The translations under genes and the position numbers were made by a program. DNA of 32,000 nucleotides from Pseudoalteromonas tetraodonis (GTDB lineage: Bacteria > Pseudomonadota > Gammaproteobacteria > Enterobacterales > Alteromonadaceae). The notes beneath the pieces were generated by a model. The model saw nothing but the letters and a program-made list of their open reading frames with translations, was not told the origin of the DNA and ran no database searches. Positions 24,524 through 32,000 of this stretch are shown here, piece by piece. Position 1 is the stretch's first letter. Each line of letters opens with the position of its first letter. The DNA lies in contig NZ_CP011041.1 in the NCBI RefSeq assembly GCF_002310835.1, positions 3,120,001-3,152,000 of the forward strand. The letters run 5' to 3'.

Positions 24524-25747
24524 GTGATAGCGTTTCATAATAATGTCATACTTGTTTGTGACAATTTTATGATTTATCAAAAGGCGATTGCCACTATGTT
24601 AATTGCGATTTTTAGACAGTTCTTTTTGCTTGGCTGCATGAGCTTTGGCGGCCCTGCCGCGCATTTAGGTTACTTTAAGCACCACTTTGTTGATTCGCTT
24701 CGCTGGTTAAGTACAGCGCGTTACGCGCAGCTAATTAGCTTAAGTCAAGCTCTGCCAGGCCCTGGTTCAAGTCAGATTAGCTTTGCTATTGGCGTAGAAC
24801 GTGCGGGTGTACTCGGTGGTATCGCTGCGTTTATAGGCTTTACCCTGCCTTCGTTTTTGATCATGGTGCTAATAGCAATAAGTGCACATCAGTTTGATGC
24901 TGTTTATTTTGCTATTATTGCAGGTTTGAAACTATTTGCCGTGGTTATTGTTGCTGATGCGACCCTTAGTATGGCGAAAAGCTTTTGCACCAGTGCGGTA
25001 CTTAAACTTCTGGCAATAATGAGTACTTTAGCACTGATTTTATTTCCTATGTTGGGCACTCAAATCGCCATTTTAGTAACCGCTGCCATTATCGGTGCTT
25101 TATGGCCTTTACTTAACTTAGCTAAATCTACAGAAAATGTTAGCAGAGAAAAAACCAACATCAATTGGATTGCTCTTGGCTTATTTGCACTACTACTTGC
25201 CATCAGCTTTATCCCACTTGGCGAAAACGCTGCGTTATTCGCGCCTTTTTACCAAGCAGGTGCCATGGTATTTGGTGGTGGACACGTTGTATTACCTGTT
25301 TTGCAAGCGGGAGTTCCAACGCTGAGTAATGATCAATTCTTAACGGCTTACGCCAGTGCCCAAGCCGTTCCTGGCCCAATGTTTACTATCGCCACCTACT
25401 TGGGGGCACAATTGAACTCTGCACAACCATTAGTGGGTGCGCTAATCGCAACATTATTGATATTTTTACCCGGTTTTTTACTGATGCTGGCGTTTCAAAA
25501 AAGCTGGATAAACTTGGCCAGTAATCCTCGCTTTGCCAGCTCAATTGCAGCGCTTAATGCTGCTGTAGTTGGCTTTTTGGCAGCTGTATTATATTCACCC
25601 ATTTGGACTTCTGCCGTAAGCAATATTTGGCAAATTGCATTAGTGATTGCTGCGTTTGCATGGTTACGTATTAAAAAGCCACCTATTTGGTGGCTATTGT
25701 TATTGTTTATTGGTGTTGGCCTTGGACAGCATTATTGGGCACTTTAA
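24524..25747 (+). CDS. chrA: Chromate ion transporter (CHR family, ChrA-like, two CHR domains)
   Basis: The first half has FRQFFLLGCMSFGGPAAHLGYF.....L.WLS...YA.L..L.QALPGP.SSQ. The second half repeats the pattern with FGGGHVVLPVLQ......L....F....A.AQAVPGPMFT. The start is uncertain: GTG at 24524 (AAGGA 4 nt upstream), or ATG at 24569 or 24596. Confidence 0.85.
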   Translation: MIAFHNNVILVCDNFMIYQKAIATMLIAIFRQFFLLGCMSFGGPAAHLGYFKHHFVDSLRWLSTARYAQLISLSQALPGPGSSQISFAIGVERAGVLGGIAAFIGFTLPSFLIMVLIAISAHQFDAVYFAIIAGLKLFAVVIVADATLSMAKSFCTSAVLKLLAIMSTLALILFPMLGTQIAILVTAAIIGALWPLLNLAKSTENVSREKTNINWIALGLFALLLAISFIPLGENAALFAPFYQAGAMVFGGGHVVLPVLQAGVPTLSNDQFLTAYASAQAVPGPMFTIATYLGAQLNSAQPLVGALIATLLIFLPGFLLMLAFQKSWINLASNPRFASSIAALNAAVVGFLAAVLYSPIWTSAVSNIWQIALVIAAFAWLRIKKPPIWWLLLLFIGVGLGQHYWAL

Positions 25748-26966
25748 TGCTGGGTTTACCTGCCATATTGGCCCCGTCAGCTGGGCTTAATTGCCCACTG
25801 ACACTTTGATAAGCGCGCAGCCCAAACACAGGTAATACGGCCAGTAAATGGTCCATAATTTCAGCTTGTAAGTGCTCGTACGATATCCAACGTTTGTCTT
25901 CACTGAAGCAGTAAAACTCAATCGGTAAGCCATGATTAAGCGGTTGTAGTTCACGCACCATAAGTGTGAGCGAGGTATTGATTTTACTGTGTTGTTTTAA
26001 GTAACCCTCTGCATAGCGACGAAATAGCCCTAAGTTCGACACCGGATCGGGAAGGGTGCCTAGTCGAATATATTCTTGCAGTGGTATAGCCGCTTCTATT
26101 TGTGTTTTAAAGTCATCATTAACCAAGAAAATGCTATTCATATCTATGTTTAAAGAACGCTTGATGCGTCGCCCACCAGATTCTTGCATACCGCGCCAAT
26201 TTTTAAATGAACCGGCCACCAGCATATAAGTAGGGATGGTCGTTATGGTGTTATCCCAGTTACGCACTTTTACAGTATTAAGTCCTAAATCAATTACTTC
26301 GCCATCGGCGCCGTAGTTATCTACTTGGATCCAGTCCCCATAGGTCACCAAACGATTAGCGGCAATTTGAATGCTGGCGACAAAACCTAATATGGTGTCT
26401 TTAAATACTAATAAAGTAACAGCGGCAATAGCACCAAAACCAGAGAGAATATAAGTCGGCGATTTTTCAAGCACAATACTAACAATTAATATTGAACACA
26501 CAATAAAGGTGATCAGCTTAACCACTTGAATTAAGCCTTGAATAGGTACTTCGCGAGCAAAATCTAATTGGTTATAAATAGCGCCAGCAATGCTCACTAT
26601 GCTGCTAATAATAAAACCAATATAAATAATTAATAATGCTTGGCCAATGGTTTTAAGGATCTCTTGAGCAATTGCATTAACCGGATAAACACTATCAAAT
26701 GTGGCTAAAAAAAGTACACAACATAACAAGCAAGCAATTCGTTTATTCAGCTTAGTTAACATAGGTGACAATGAACCAATACGCTCAGGAGAGAGTTTAG
26801 TCACCACCTTTTGAATACCCGGTAACATCAAGCGACGAGTAAATAAGTAAACAAATAATAACGAAAGGATGCCAATTGATGAGGCGGTGATTGCGCTGAG
26901 AAAAAAAGCATCGGGGACTTTTTCAAACCAAGGAGTAATTAGCTCCTGTAGGTGTGTTTTGCTCAT
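25707..26966 (-). CDS. ybdG: Mechanosensitive channel, MscS family, YbdG (MscM)-like
   Basis: 419 aa. GAIAAVTLLVFKDTILGFVASIQIAANRLV..GDWIQV.NYGADGEVIDLGLNTVKVRNWDNTITTIPTYMLV..SFKNWRGMQESGGRRIKRS tracks E. coli YbdG almost residue for residue. Its ATG overlaps the upstream gene's stop (ATGA). Confidence 0.85.
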   Translation of the reverse strand: MSKTHLQELITPWFEKVPDAFFLSAITASSIGILSLLFVYLFTRRLMLPGIQKVVTKLSPERIGSLSPMLTKLNKRIACLLCCVLFLATFDSVYPVNAIAQEILKTIGQALLIIYIGFIISSIVSIAGAIYNQLDFAREVPIQGLIQVVKLITFIVCSILIVSIVLEKSPTYILSGFGAIAAVTLLVFKDTILGFVASIQIAANRLVTYGDWIQVDNYGADGEVIDLGLNTVKVRNWDNTITTIPTYMLVAGSFKNWRGMQESGGRRIKRSLNIDMNSIFLVNDDFKTQIEAAIPLQEYIRLGTLPDPVSNLGLFRRYAEGYLKQHSKINTSLTLMVRELQPLNHGLPIEFYCFSEDKRWISYEHLQAEIMDHLLAVLPVFGLRAYQSVSGQLSPADGANMAGKPSIKVPNNAVQGQHQ

Positions 26967-27883
26967 GGTATTTCAATTTCCTTACTGGGTGTTAATTCAG
27001 TACTAGCTTGCTGAATATGAATAGCGCTTAATTGCTTATCTTTTACTGTCCATAAGTTATTTAAGTATTGCTGAAACTGGGCCCTGAATGCCTTATCGGT
27101 TTGGTAACTGCCAATCATCTGTGTATTTATTGGCATAACCTCAATAGTAATATGAATAGACTCCAGCTCGCCTTTTAAAATATTACGACACACATGATCT
27201 GACTGACCGCTATACACTAAACTGGTGTTAAGCATAGCGTCAAACTGCTCGTTTAAAACCTCTAAGGCAAAAGCAGTTCCACCAGCCTTAGGTTTTAATA
27301 AATGCTGAAAAGGACTTTGTTGATGCTGGTGCTTTTGCGCAGTAAAACGCGTACCTTCTACAAAGTTAACTATGGTTGTAGGATGATGACGAAAGTTACG
27401 GCAACTGCGCTTAGTACGCTCGACATCTAAGCCTTTTAAATTCGGATTTTTAGCCAATTGCGCTTTGGTCACTCGTTTCATAAAGGGCATACCCATCGCC
27501 CACGCACCAGTGCCAATAAATGGCACGTATTTAAGCTCATCTTTTAAAAAAAACTTAGGGGCTGGCAATGCATCCAACGAGCTCAATACCGCAATATCAA
27601 GCCAGCTAATATGATTACTGATTAGCAAATACCAACTGTTGGCGTTTACCTCCCCACTAATATTAACTTTAATATTATTACAGCCTAACCACAGCCCTAA
27701 GCGGTTACCTTTGCACCACCCTTTATACGCACTGTGTAATAATTTACTCACTACAGGTATGGGCAGCACTAATTTAACTAACCCTAGGGTAAGCACTAAT
27801 GCGCCAAATATTATTAAATTAGCAAATAAAACACAGCCAACAATTAAGCCATTTAACCAATTAGGTAACCATTTTTTTAGCAT
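26963..27883 (-). CDS. YihG-family lysophospholipid acyltransferase (PlsC superfamily), copy 1
   Basis: 306 aa. Motifs present: HX4D (NHISWLD), FVEGTRFT, RHHPTTIVNFVEGTRFTAQKHQ, LLKPKAGG and FRAQFQQYLNNLW. These correspond to E. coli YihG blocks (NHRSWAD, LHPTTIVNFVEGSRFT, FKRHFQQWLNSLW). Confidence 0.85.
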   Translation of the reverse strand: MLKKWLPNWLNGLIVGCVLFANLIIFGALVLTLGLVKLVLPIPVVSKLLHSAYKGWCKGNRLGLWLGCNNIKVNISGEVNANSWYLLISNHISWLDIAVLSSLDALPAPKFFLKDELKYVPFIGTGAWAMGMPFMKRVTKAQLAKNPNLKGLDVERTKRSCRNFRHHPTTIVNFVEGTRFTAQKHQHQQSPFQHLLKPKAGGTAFALEVLNEQFDAMLNTSLVYSGQSDHVCRNILKGELESIHITIEVMPINTQMIGSYQTDKAFRAQFQQYLNNLWTVKDKQLSAIHIQQASTELTPSKEIEIP

Positions 27884-27901
27884 AACTGTCAGCTCATTTT
27901 G

Positions 27902-28774
27902 TTATTTTTGTTTGAGATTAACCAACGTCTGGTTTTTTTCTTCCCACACGCGGTTTAATTCACTTTGAAAGCGTACTCTAAAGTCAGGATCATTAGTGTA
28001 ATCACCAATTAAGTCGTCACTAACGCCTTTTACTTCAACATGTACATCAATGTGTTTTACTTTACCGGCTGCAAAATCCATAAAGGTAGGAATGCCCTCA
28101 GGGTAATGAATAGTGACATTTACCACTTTAGAAATTTGCTCACCCATGGCTTGCATTACAAACGCCACACCACCCGCTTTCGGTTTAAGTAAGTGAGGAA
28201 ACGGGCTATTTTGACGCGCATGCTTTTGCGCTGTAAACCGCGTCCCTTCAACAAAGTTAACCACACTGACTGGCATTTCTTTAAATTTTTCACAGGCTTT
28301 ACGGGTGGTTTCTAAATCTTTACCACGCAATTTAGGATTCTTTTTTAATTGGCTTTTACTGGTACGGGTCATAAAAGGAAAGTCGAGTGCCCACCAACAC
28401 AAACCTAAAACAGGTACGTAAATAAGCTCTTTTTTCAAAAAGAAGTTCAAAAAAGGTATTTTTCGGTTAAACACCCGCTGTAACACTAAAATATCCACCC
28501 AGCTTTGATGGTTCGCAATAACTAGGTACCAATCTTTTAATTTAAGCTCTTCAAGGCCAATAACATTAAGTTTAGTTGGCGTTAATAACGTTTGATTTAA
28601 CGTGTTGAAGGTCACCCAAATAGAGGCACATTGCTTGGCCGTCCAGCTCATTAATTTTTGTAGTGGTTTGATTGGGATTAACTTAACGATGCCACAAATA
28701 AAAATAGGCACAAACCAAAAAAGAGTGTTTATTGTATAAAAGAAAATACTAAATACACTGCGAATAACTGACAT
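27902..28774 (-). CDS. YihG-family lysophospholipid acyltransferase (PlsC superfamily), copy 2
   Basis: Motifs present: NHQSWVD (HX4D), VVNFVEGTRFTAQKH, LLKPKAGG and FICGIVKLIP (compare YihG IIAGIVKLLLP). The track start is 28795. The ATG at 28774 (MSVIRSV...) has AAGGAA 9 nt upstream, whereas 28795 has no SD. Confidence 0.85.
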   Translation of the reverse strand: MSVIRSVFSIFFYTINTLFWFVPIFICGIVKLIPIKPLQKLMSWTAKQCASIWVTFNTLNQTLLTPTKLNVIGLEELKLKDWYLVIANHQSWVDILVLQRVFNRKIPFLNFFLKKELIYVPVLGLCWWALDFPFMTRTSKSQLKKNPKLRGKDLETTRKACEKFKEMPVSVVNFVEGTRFTAQKHARQNSPFPHLLKPKAGGVAFVMQAMGEQISKVVNVTIHYPEGIPTFMDFAAGKVKHIDVHVEVKGVSDDLIGDYTNDPDFRVRFQSELNRVWEEKNQTLVNLKQK

Positions 28775-28834
28775 TACTTCTATTCCTTTAAACATCGCGC
28801 AGCCACTAAGACCGCGCTTAACTATGCAACTAAA

Positions 28835-30715
28835 TTAATCTTCAAAATAGGTGTAGCCCTCAAGCCCTGCATTGAGCTCGGCTAGGTACCCTTCTTTACA
28901 GTGTTCTGATACATCAAGTTTATTAATTTGAGTGGCAAAGTTATCAGCTAATAACTCGCTATCATAATCAACAAATTTTAATACATCCTTAACGCTGTCT
29001 CCTTTAATGGCATTGGTTAATACATATCCCTGCTCATTAAGCTCAACATGGACTGAGTCGGTATCACCAAATAGGTTATGTAAGTCACCTAAAATCTCTT
29101 GGTATGCCCCCACCATAAACATGGCAATATGATACTGCTGACCTTGTGTATATTCAGGGATAGGTAAACTAGTTTCAATACCTGCACCTTCAACGTACTC
29201 ACGTATTTGCCCGTCAGAATCACAAGTAATGTCTTGGATAATCGCGCGCTGAGTAAGCGGCTGCGTTAGATTTTCGATGGGCATGACCGGAAATAACTGC
29301 TGAATACCCCATACATCAGGTAATGACTGAAACAATGAAAAATTCACAAACAGTTTATCGGCTAGCTTTTCGTTTAAATCATCCAGCACTTCGCGATGAG
29401 CGCGTGCGTTAACGCTTAACGATGCACGAACTCGGTGTAAAATCGTAAAGTAAAGCTGCTCTATTTTCGCCCACTCTAGCATGCTCACTAAACCATGCAC
29501 GTATTGATCGTGTGCTTCGCTAAATAAGTGCATAGCATCATGATATATTTCAAGTGCCATACGTGGGTTCAAACGTTGTAAGCATTGCCACATTTCATCT
29601 AGCACTAATGCGCTGTTTTCCAATGGCGGTTCTGGGTTTAAATGATTCGGTGCTTTTTCTACATCAATGACATCGGTGATCAACACTGCATGATGAGCCG
29701 TTAATGCACGGCCAGATTCTGTAATAATAGCAGGGTGCGTTAAGTTATGCTGATCGCACACATCGGCAAATGCATTCACTACATTACGCGCGTACTCTTC
29801 GACTGTGTAGTTCATTGAGCAGGCACTGCGTGAGCCTGAGCCTTCGTAGTCAACGCCAAGCCCGCCACCCACATCAACCGTATTTAGCGGTACACCGTAT
29901 TGAGTTAATTCAGCAAAATGGCGAGCACATTCGCGCAAGGCACGATGGATATCACGAATATTGGCGATTTGAGAACCAATATGAAAATGCACCATTTGCA
30001 TTAAATGCAACTTGCTATGTTGCTTAAGTACTTCCACTGCACTGAGTACTTGTCCTGCGGTTAAACCAAACTTACCTTTTTCACCACCGGTATTTTGCCA
30101 TTTACCTTTGCCAACCGAATTTAAGCGAATACGAATTCCAATAGCCGGTTCAATGCCTAAATTATCAATTTCTTCAAGCAATGTGGTTAGCTCTGAGAGT
30201 TTTTCAACCACAATTTTAACGCTGTGTCCCATTGCTTGACCAATACAGGCTAAACGTAAAAACTCGCTGTCTTTGTAGCCGTTACATACAATAGTAATAG
30301 GCTCTTTCGCCACCCCTAAAATGGCCATTAGTTCAGGTTTAGAACCAGCTTCAAGTCCCACTAGGCCACTTGGGTGAGCTAATAACTTACTCACAACAGA
30401 GCGCTGTTGGTTTACTTTGATAGGATAAACACAGGTGTATTTGCCGTTATATTCGCGGTTAGTGCGCGCTTGAGTAAAGGCATTGGTGAGCGTATCTACA
30501 CGATTTTTTAAAATATCAGTAAAGCGCACCAGTACGGGCAATGTTAACCCTTGCTGCTTAAATTGCTCAGTAAGCTGACTTAAAGAAATGGCAGGTTTTG
30601 TTTGGTCGCCATCAGGATAGGCTATCAACTCACCTTGTGCGTTAATATCAAAATAACCATCGCTCCAATGAGCAACATTGTATGTAGCACGTGCTGTTTC
30701 TAAACCCCAAGTCAT
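28835..30715 (-). CDS. speA: Biosynthetic arginine decarboxylase
   Basis: 626 aa. The N-terminus is Y.V.HWS.GYF.IN..GEL. The PLP-fold blocks are YPIKVNQQR and HFHIGSQI...I. The C-terminal block is CDSDG and the tail is typical of SpeA. Confidence 0.92.
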   Translation of the reverse strand: MTWGLETARATYNVAHWSDGYFDINAQGELIAYPDGDQTKPAISLSQLTEQFKQQGLTLPVLVRFTDILKNRVDTLTNAFTQARTNREYNGKYTCVYPIKVNQQRSVVSKLLAHPSGLVGLEAGSKPELMAILGVAKEPITIVCNGYKDSEFLRLACIGQAMGHSVKIVVEKLSELTTLLEEIDNLGIEPAIGIRIRLNSVGKGKWQNTGGEKGKFGLTAGQVLSAVEVLKQHSKLHLMQMVHFHIGSQIANIRDIHRALRECARHFAELTQYGVPLNTVDVGGGLGVDYEGSGSRSACSMNYTVEEYARNVVNAFADVCDQHNLTHPAIITESGRALTAHHAVLITDVIDVEKAPNHLNPEPPLENSALVLDEMWQCLQRLNPRMALEIYHDAMHLFSEAHDQYVHGLVSMLEWAKIEQLYFTILHRVRASLSVNARAHREVLDDLNEKLADKLFVNFSLFQSLPDVWGIQQLFPVMPIENLTQPLTQRAIIQDITCDSDGQIREYVEGAGIETSLPIPEYTQGQQYHIAMFMVGAYQEILGDLHNLFGDTDSVHVELNEQGYVLTNAIKGDSVKDVLKFVDYDSELLADNFATQINKLDVSEHCKEGYLAELNAGLEGYTYFED

Positions 30716-30914
30716 GGCAACTCTTCTTTATTAAATTAGGTGTAAAGGGGCATTTTAATACGTCACTATCTGCTAAGCTAACAAAAATTGAACTTTCCCC
30801 TCTTTATAGCTAACTTTATTCGCTAAAGAGAGTAAAATTTGATTGAGCAATAGGCCAAGCACTGGCAGAATTGCCTCCTTTTTTTCATACTCAACCAAAA
30901 GTGTAACAACAACT

Positions 30915-31778
30915 ATGGCAAATTTAGATCAAAGTAAGTGGTTTACTGAAATTAGCGACCGCGATGGCAGCGCATTTTCATTACGTATTAACAAAAAGTT
31001 AGATGAAAAACAGTCTCCTTTTCAAAAAGTAGAAATGTTTGAAACCACAGACTTTGGTAATTTAATGATCATTGATGGTTGTACTATGGTAAGTAGCCGT
31101 GAAAACTTTTTTTACCACGAAATGATCAGCCACCCAGCATTACTGGCGCATCCAAACCCAAAAAACGTAGTTATTATTGGTGGCGGCGATTGCGGTACGT
31201 TACGTGAAGTGCTCAAGCACCCAAGCGTAGAAACTGTAACTCAAATAGATATTGACGAAGTGGTTACCCAAATGTCGTTAAAGTACTTCCCAGAGTTATG
31301 TGAATCAAATAATGACCCACGTGCTACTGTGATGTTTGACGATGGCATTAAATACATGCGCGAAGCAGCTGGTGAGTCTATTGATGTAGTGATTGTTGAT
31401 GGTACTGATCCGGTAGGCCCAGGTGAAGGTTTATTTAACCATGCGTTTTATACTAGCTGTTTAAACGCACTTCGCCCTGGTGGAATACTGGTACAACAAA
31501 GTGAATCGCCATTAATGCATATGCCACTGTTGGTTGAAATGCGCGAAGCTATGCTAAGTGTTGGTTTTAACGATTTACAAACACTCCCATTCCCACAACC
31601 TATTTACCCAAGTGGGTTATGGTCAGTGACGCTAGCTCGCAAATCTGAGGCATTTAATGGCTTTAGAGAAGACGGCGCAGCAACAATTGCACAGCATAGT
31701 GAATACTACAATGGCGGCATTCATCACGGTGCACTCGCAACACCTAATTACATGAAACGCGCTTTTGATAAAAAATAA
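30915..31778 (+). CDS. speE: Polyamine aminopropyltransferase (spermidine synthase family)
   Basis: 287 aa from the ATG at 30915 (MANLDQSKWFTE...). It contains SPFQKVEMFET..FGNLMIIDG....S.RENFFYHEM..HP, IIGGGDCGTLREV.KH, VDGTDPVGPGEGLF and GG..V.Q.ESP. The track's TTG start at 30843 adds 24 residues with no homology and no SD. Confidence 0.9.
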   Translation: MANLDQSKWFTEISDRDGSAFSLRINKKLDEKQSPFQKVEMFETTDFGNLMIIDGCTMVSSRENFFYHEMISHPALLAHPNPKNVVIIGGGDCGTLREVLKHPSVETVTQIDIDEVVTQMSLKYFPELCESNNDPRATVMFDDGIKYMREAAGESIDVVIVDGTDPVGPGEGLFNHAFYTSCLNALRPGGILVQQSESPLMHMPLLVEMREAMLSVGFNDLQTLPFPQPIYPSGLWSVTLARKSEAFNGFREDGAATIAQHSEYYNGGIHHGALATPNYMKRAFDKK

Positions 31779-31797
31779 TAAGTTATAAATATAAAAC

Positions 31798-31821
31798 AGG
31801 GCTCGCTAGAGCCCTTTTTTA
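31798..31821 (+). terminator. Rho-independent terminator after speE
   Basis: agggctc-gcta-gagccct followed by a run of 6 T, 20 nt after the stop. Confidence 0.8.
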
Positions 31822-31917
31822 TGTGTTTAATTACACTGAATACGTTTGCAGTCATCTCGTAATAACCCCACCTTCACTTTATGCTCATAGTCTACAATTT
31901 GACATAAAGGACACACA

Positions 31918-32000
31918 ATGAGATTACCTTTACTGCTAGTTGCTTTACTTTCAAGCAGCGCTTTTGCAAAAGAAGCCATGCTGGAATCGCCTGATCAAAA
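31918..32000 (+). CDS. 5' end of a secreted protein gene (continues beyond the right edge)
   Basis: AAAGG lies 7 nt upstream of the ATG. The translation is MRLPLLLVALLSSSAFA|KEAMLESPDQ, a classical Sec signal peptide with an AXA site. Function is unknown. Confidence 0.55.
   Translation, partial: MRLPLLLVALLSSSAFAKEAMLESPDQ

Noticed and set aside
27639-27968. A 109-aa plus-strand ORF spanning the junction of the two yihG-like genes.
   Set aside because: It is antisense to two genes with clear acyltransferase motifs and has a proline/leucine/asparagine-rich shadow composition.
30843-30914. Three things in the speE leader. First, a TTG-initiated 24-residue N-terminal extension of SpeE. Second, a 4-bp hairpin plus T7 run (30864-30887). 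Third, a minus-strand AAGGAGG followed by a CTG-initiated 33-codon ORF.
   Set aside because: The extension has no SD and no homology. The hairpin stem (ggca/tgcc) is too short to call an attenuator. The minus-strand ORF lacks an ATG, GTG or TTG start at proper spacing.
1-32000. Looked for CRISPR arrays, tRNA/rRNA genes, IS elements, integrases, phage genes, toxin-antitoxin pairs and compositional islands.
   Set aside because: I saw no direct-repeat/spacer arrays, no cloverleaf-capable or rRNA-like conserved segments in the intergenic spacers, and no transposase, integrase or recombinase-like ORFs in the six-frame track. Base composition looks uniform by eye. This inspection was manual and not exhaustive.

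Overview
The window looks like core chromosome of an AT-rich (about 40% GC by eye, not computed) marine gammaproteobacterium. Protein similarity to E. coli r-proteins, YihG, YbdG, YgaV and YiaD suggests an Alteromonadales or Pseudoalteromonas-like organism, but that is inference only. Positions 1-4247 (minus strand) hold a complete spc ribosomal-protein operon (rplN-rplX-rplE-rpsN-rpsH-rplF-rplR-rpsE-rpmD-rplO) running into the 5' end of secY. An AsmA-family gene and its terminator sit where the S10 operon is normally fused. The rest of the window contains the following, left to right:
- an orphan 387-aa protein with no family I can recognise
- a TIGR02001/Gcw_chp-type outer-membrane barrel behind a well-spaced sigma-54 (-24/-12) promoter
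- a Yip1-family membrane protein followed by a split MacAB-like tripartite ABC pump (adaptor, ATPase, FtsX-type permease)
- an iodotyrosine-deiodinase-like nitroreductase
- a YgaV/BigR-type two-Cys ArsR repressor heading an RND permease plus adaptor operon, divergent from a split YgaP (DUF2892 membrane protein plus rhodanese)
- a bPH_2 membrane protein
- a DUF3224 / 60-aa protein / LysE exporter string
- an ABCB-type half-transporter
- an anchored low-complexity protein
- a YiaD-like OmpA lipoprotein
- ChrA
- a minus-strand string speA - yihG-like - yihG-like - ybdG (mscM)
- a divergent speE
- the start of a secreted protein at the right edge
I found no rRNA, tRNA, CRISPR, transposase, integrase or phage genes, and no obvious defence island. 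The most system-like, possibly uncharacterised arrangement is the thiol-switch repressor / RND pump / split-rhodanese locus (13.9-19.2 kb), which has a palindromic operator overlapping its promoter. All other findings are modest. No database searches were possible, so family calls rest on motif recognition and remembered homologue sequences.
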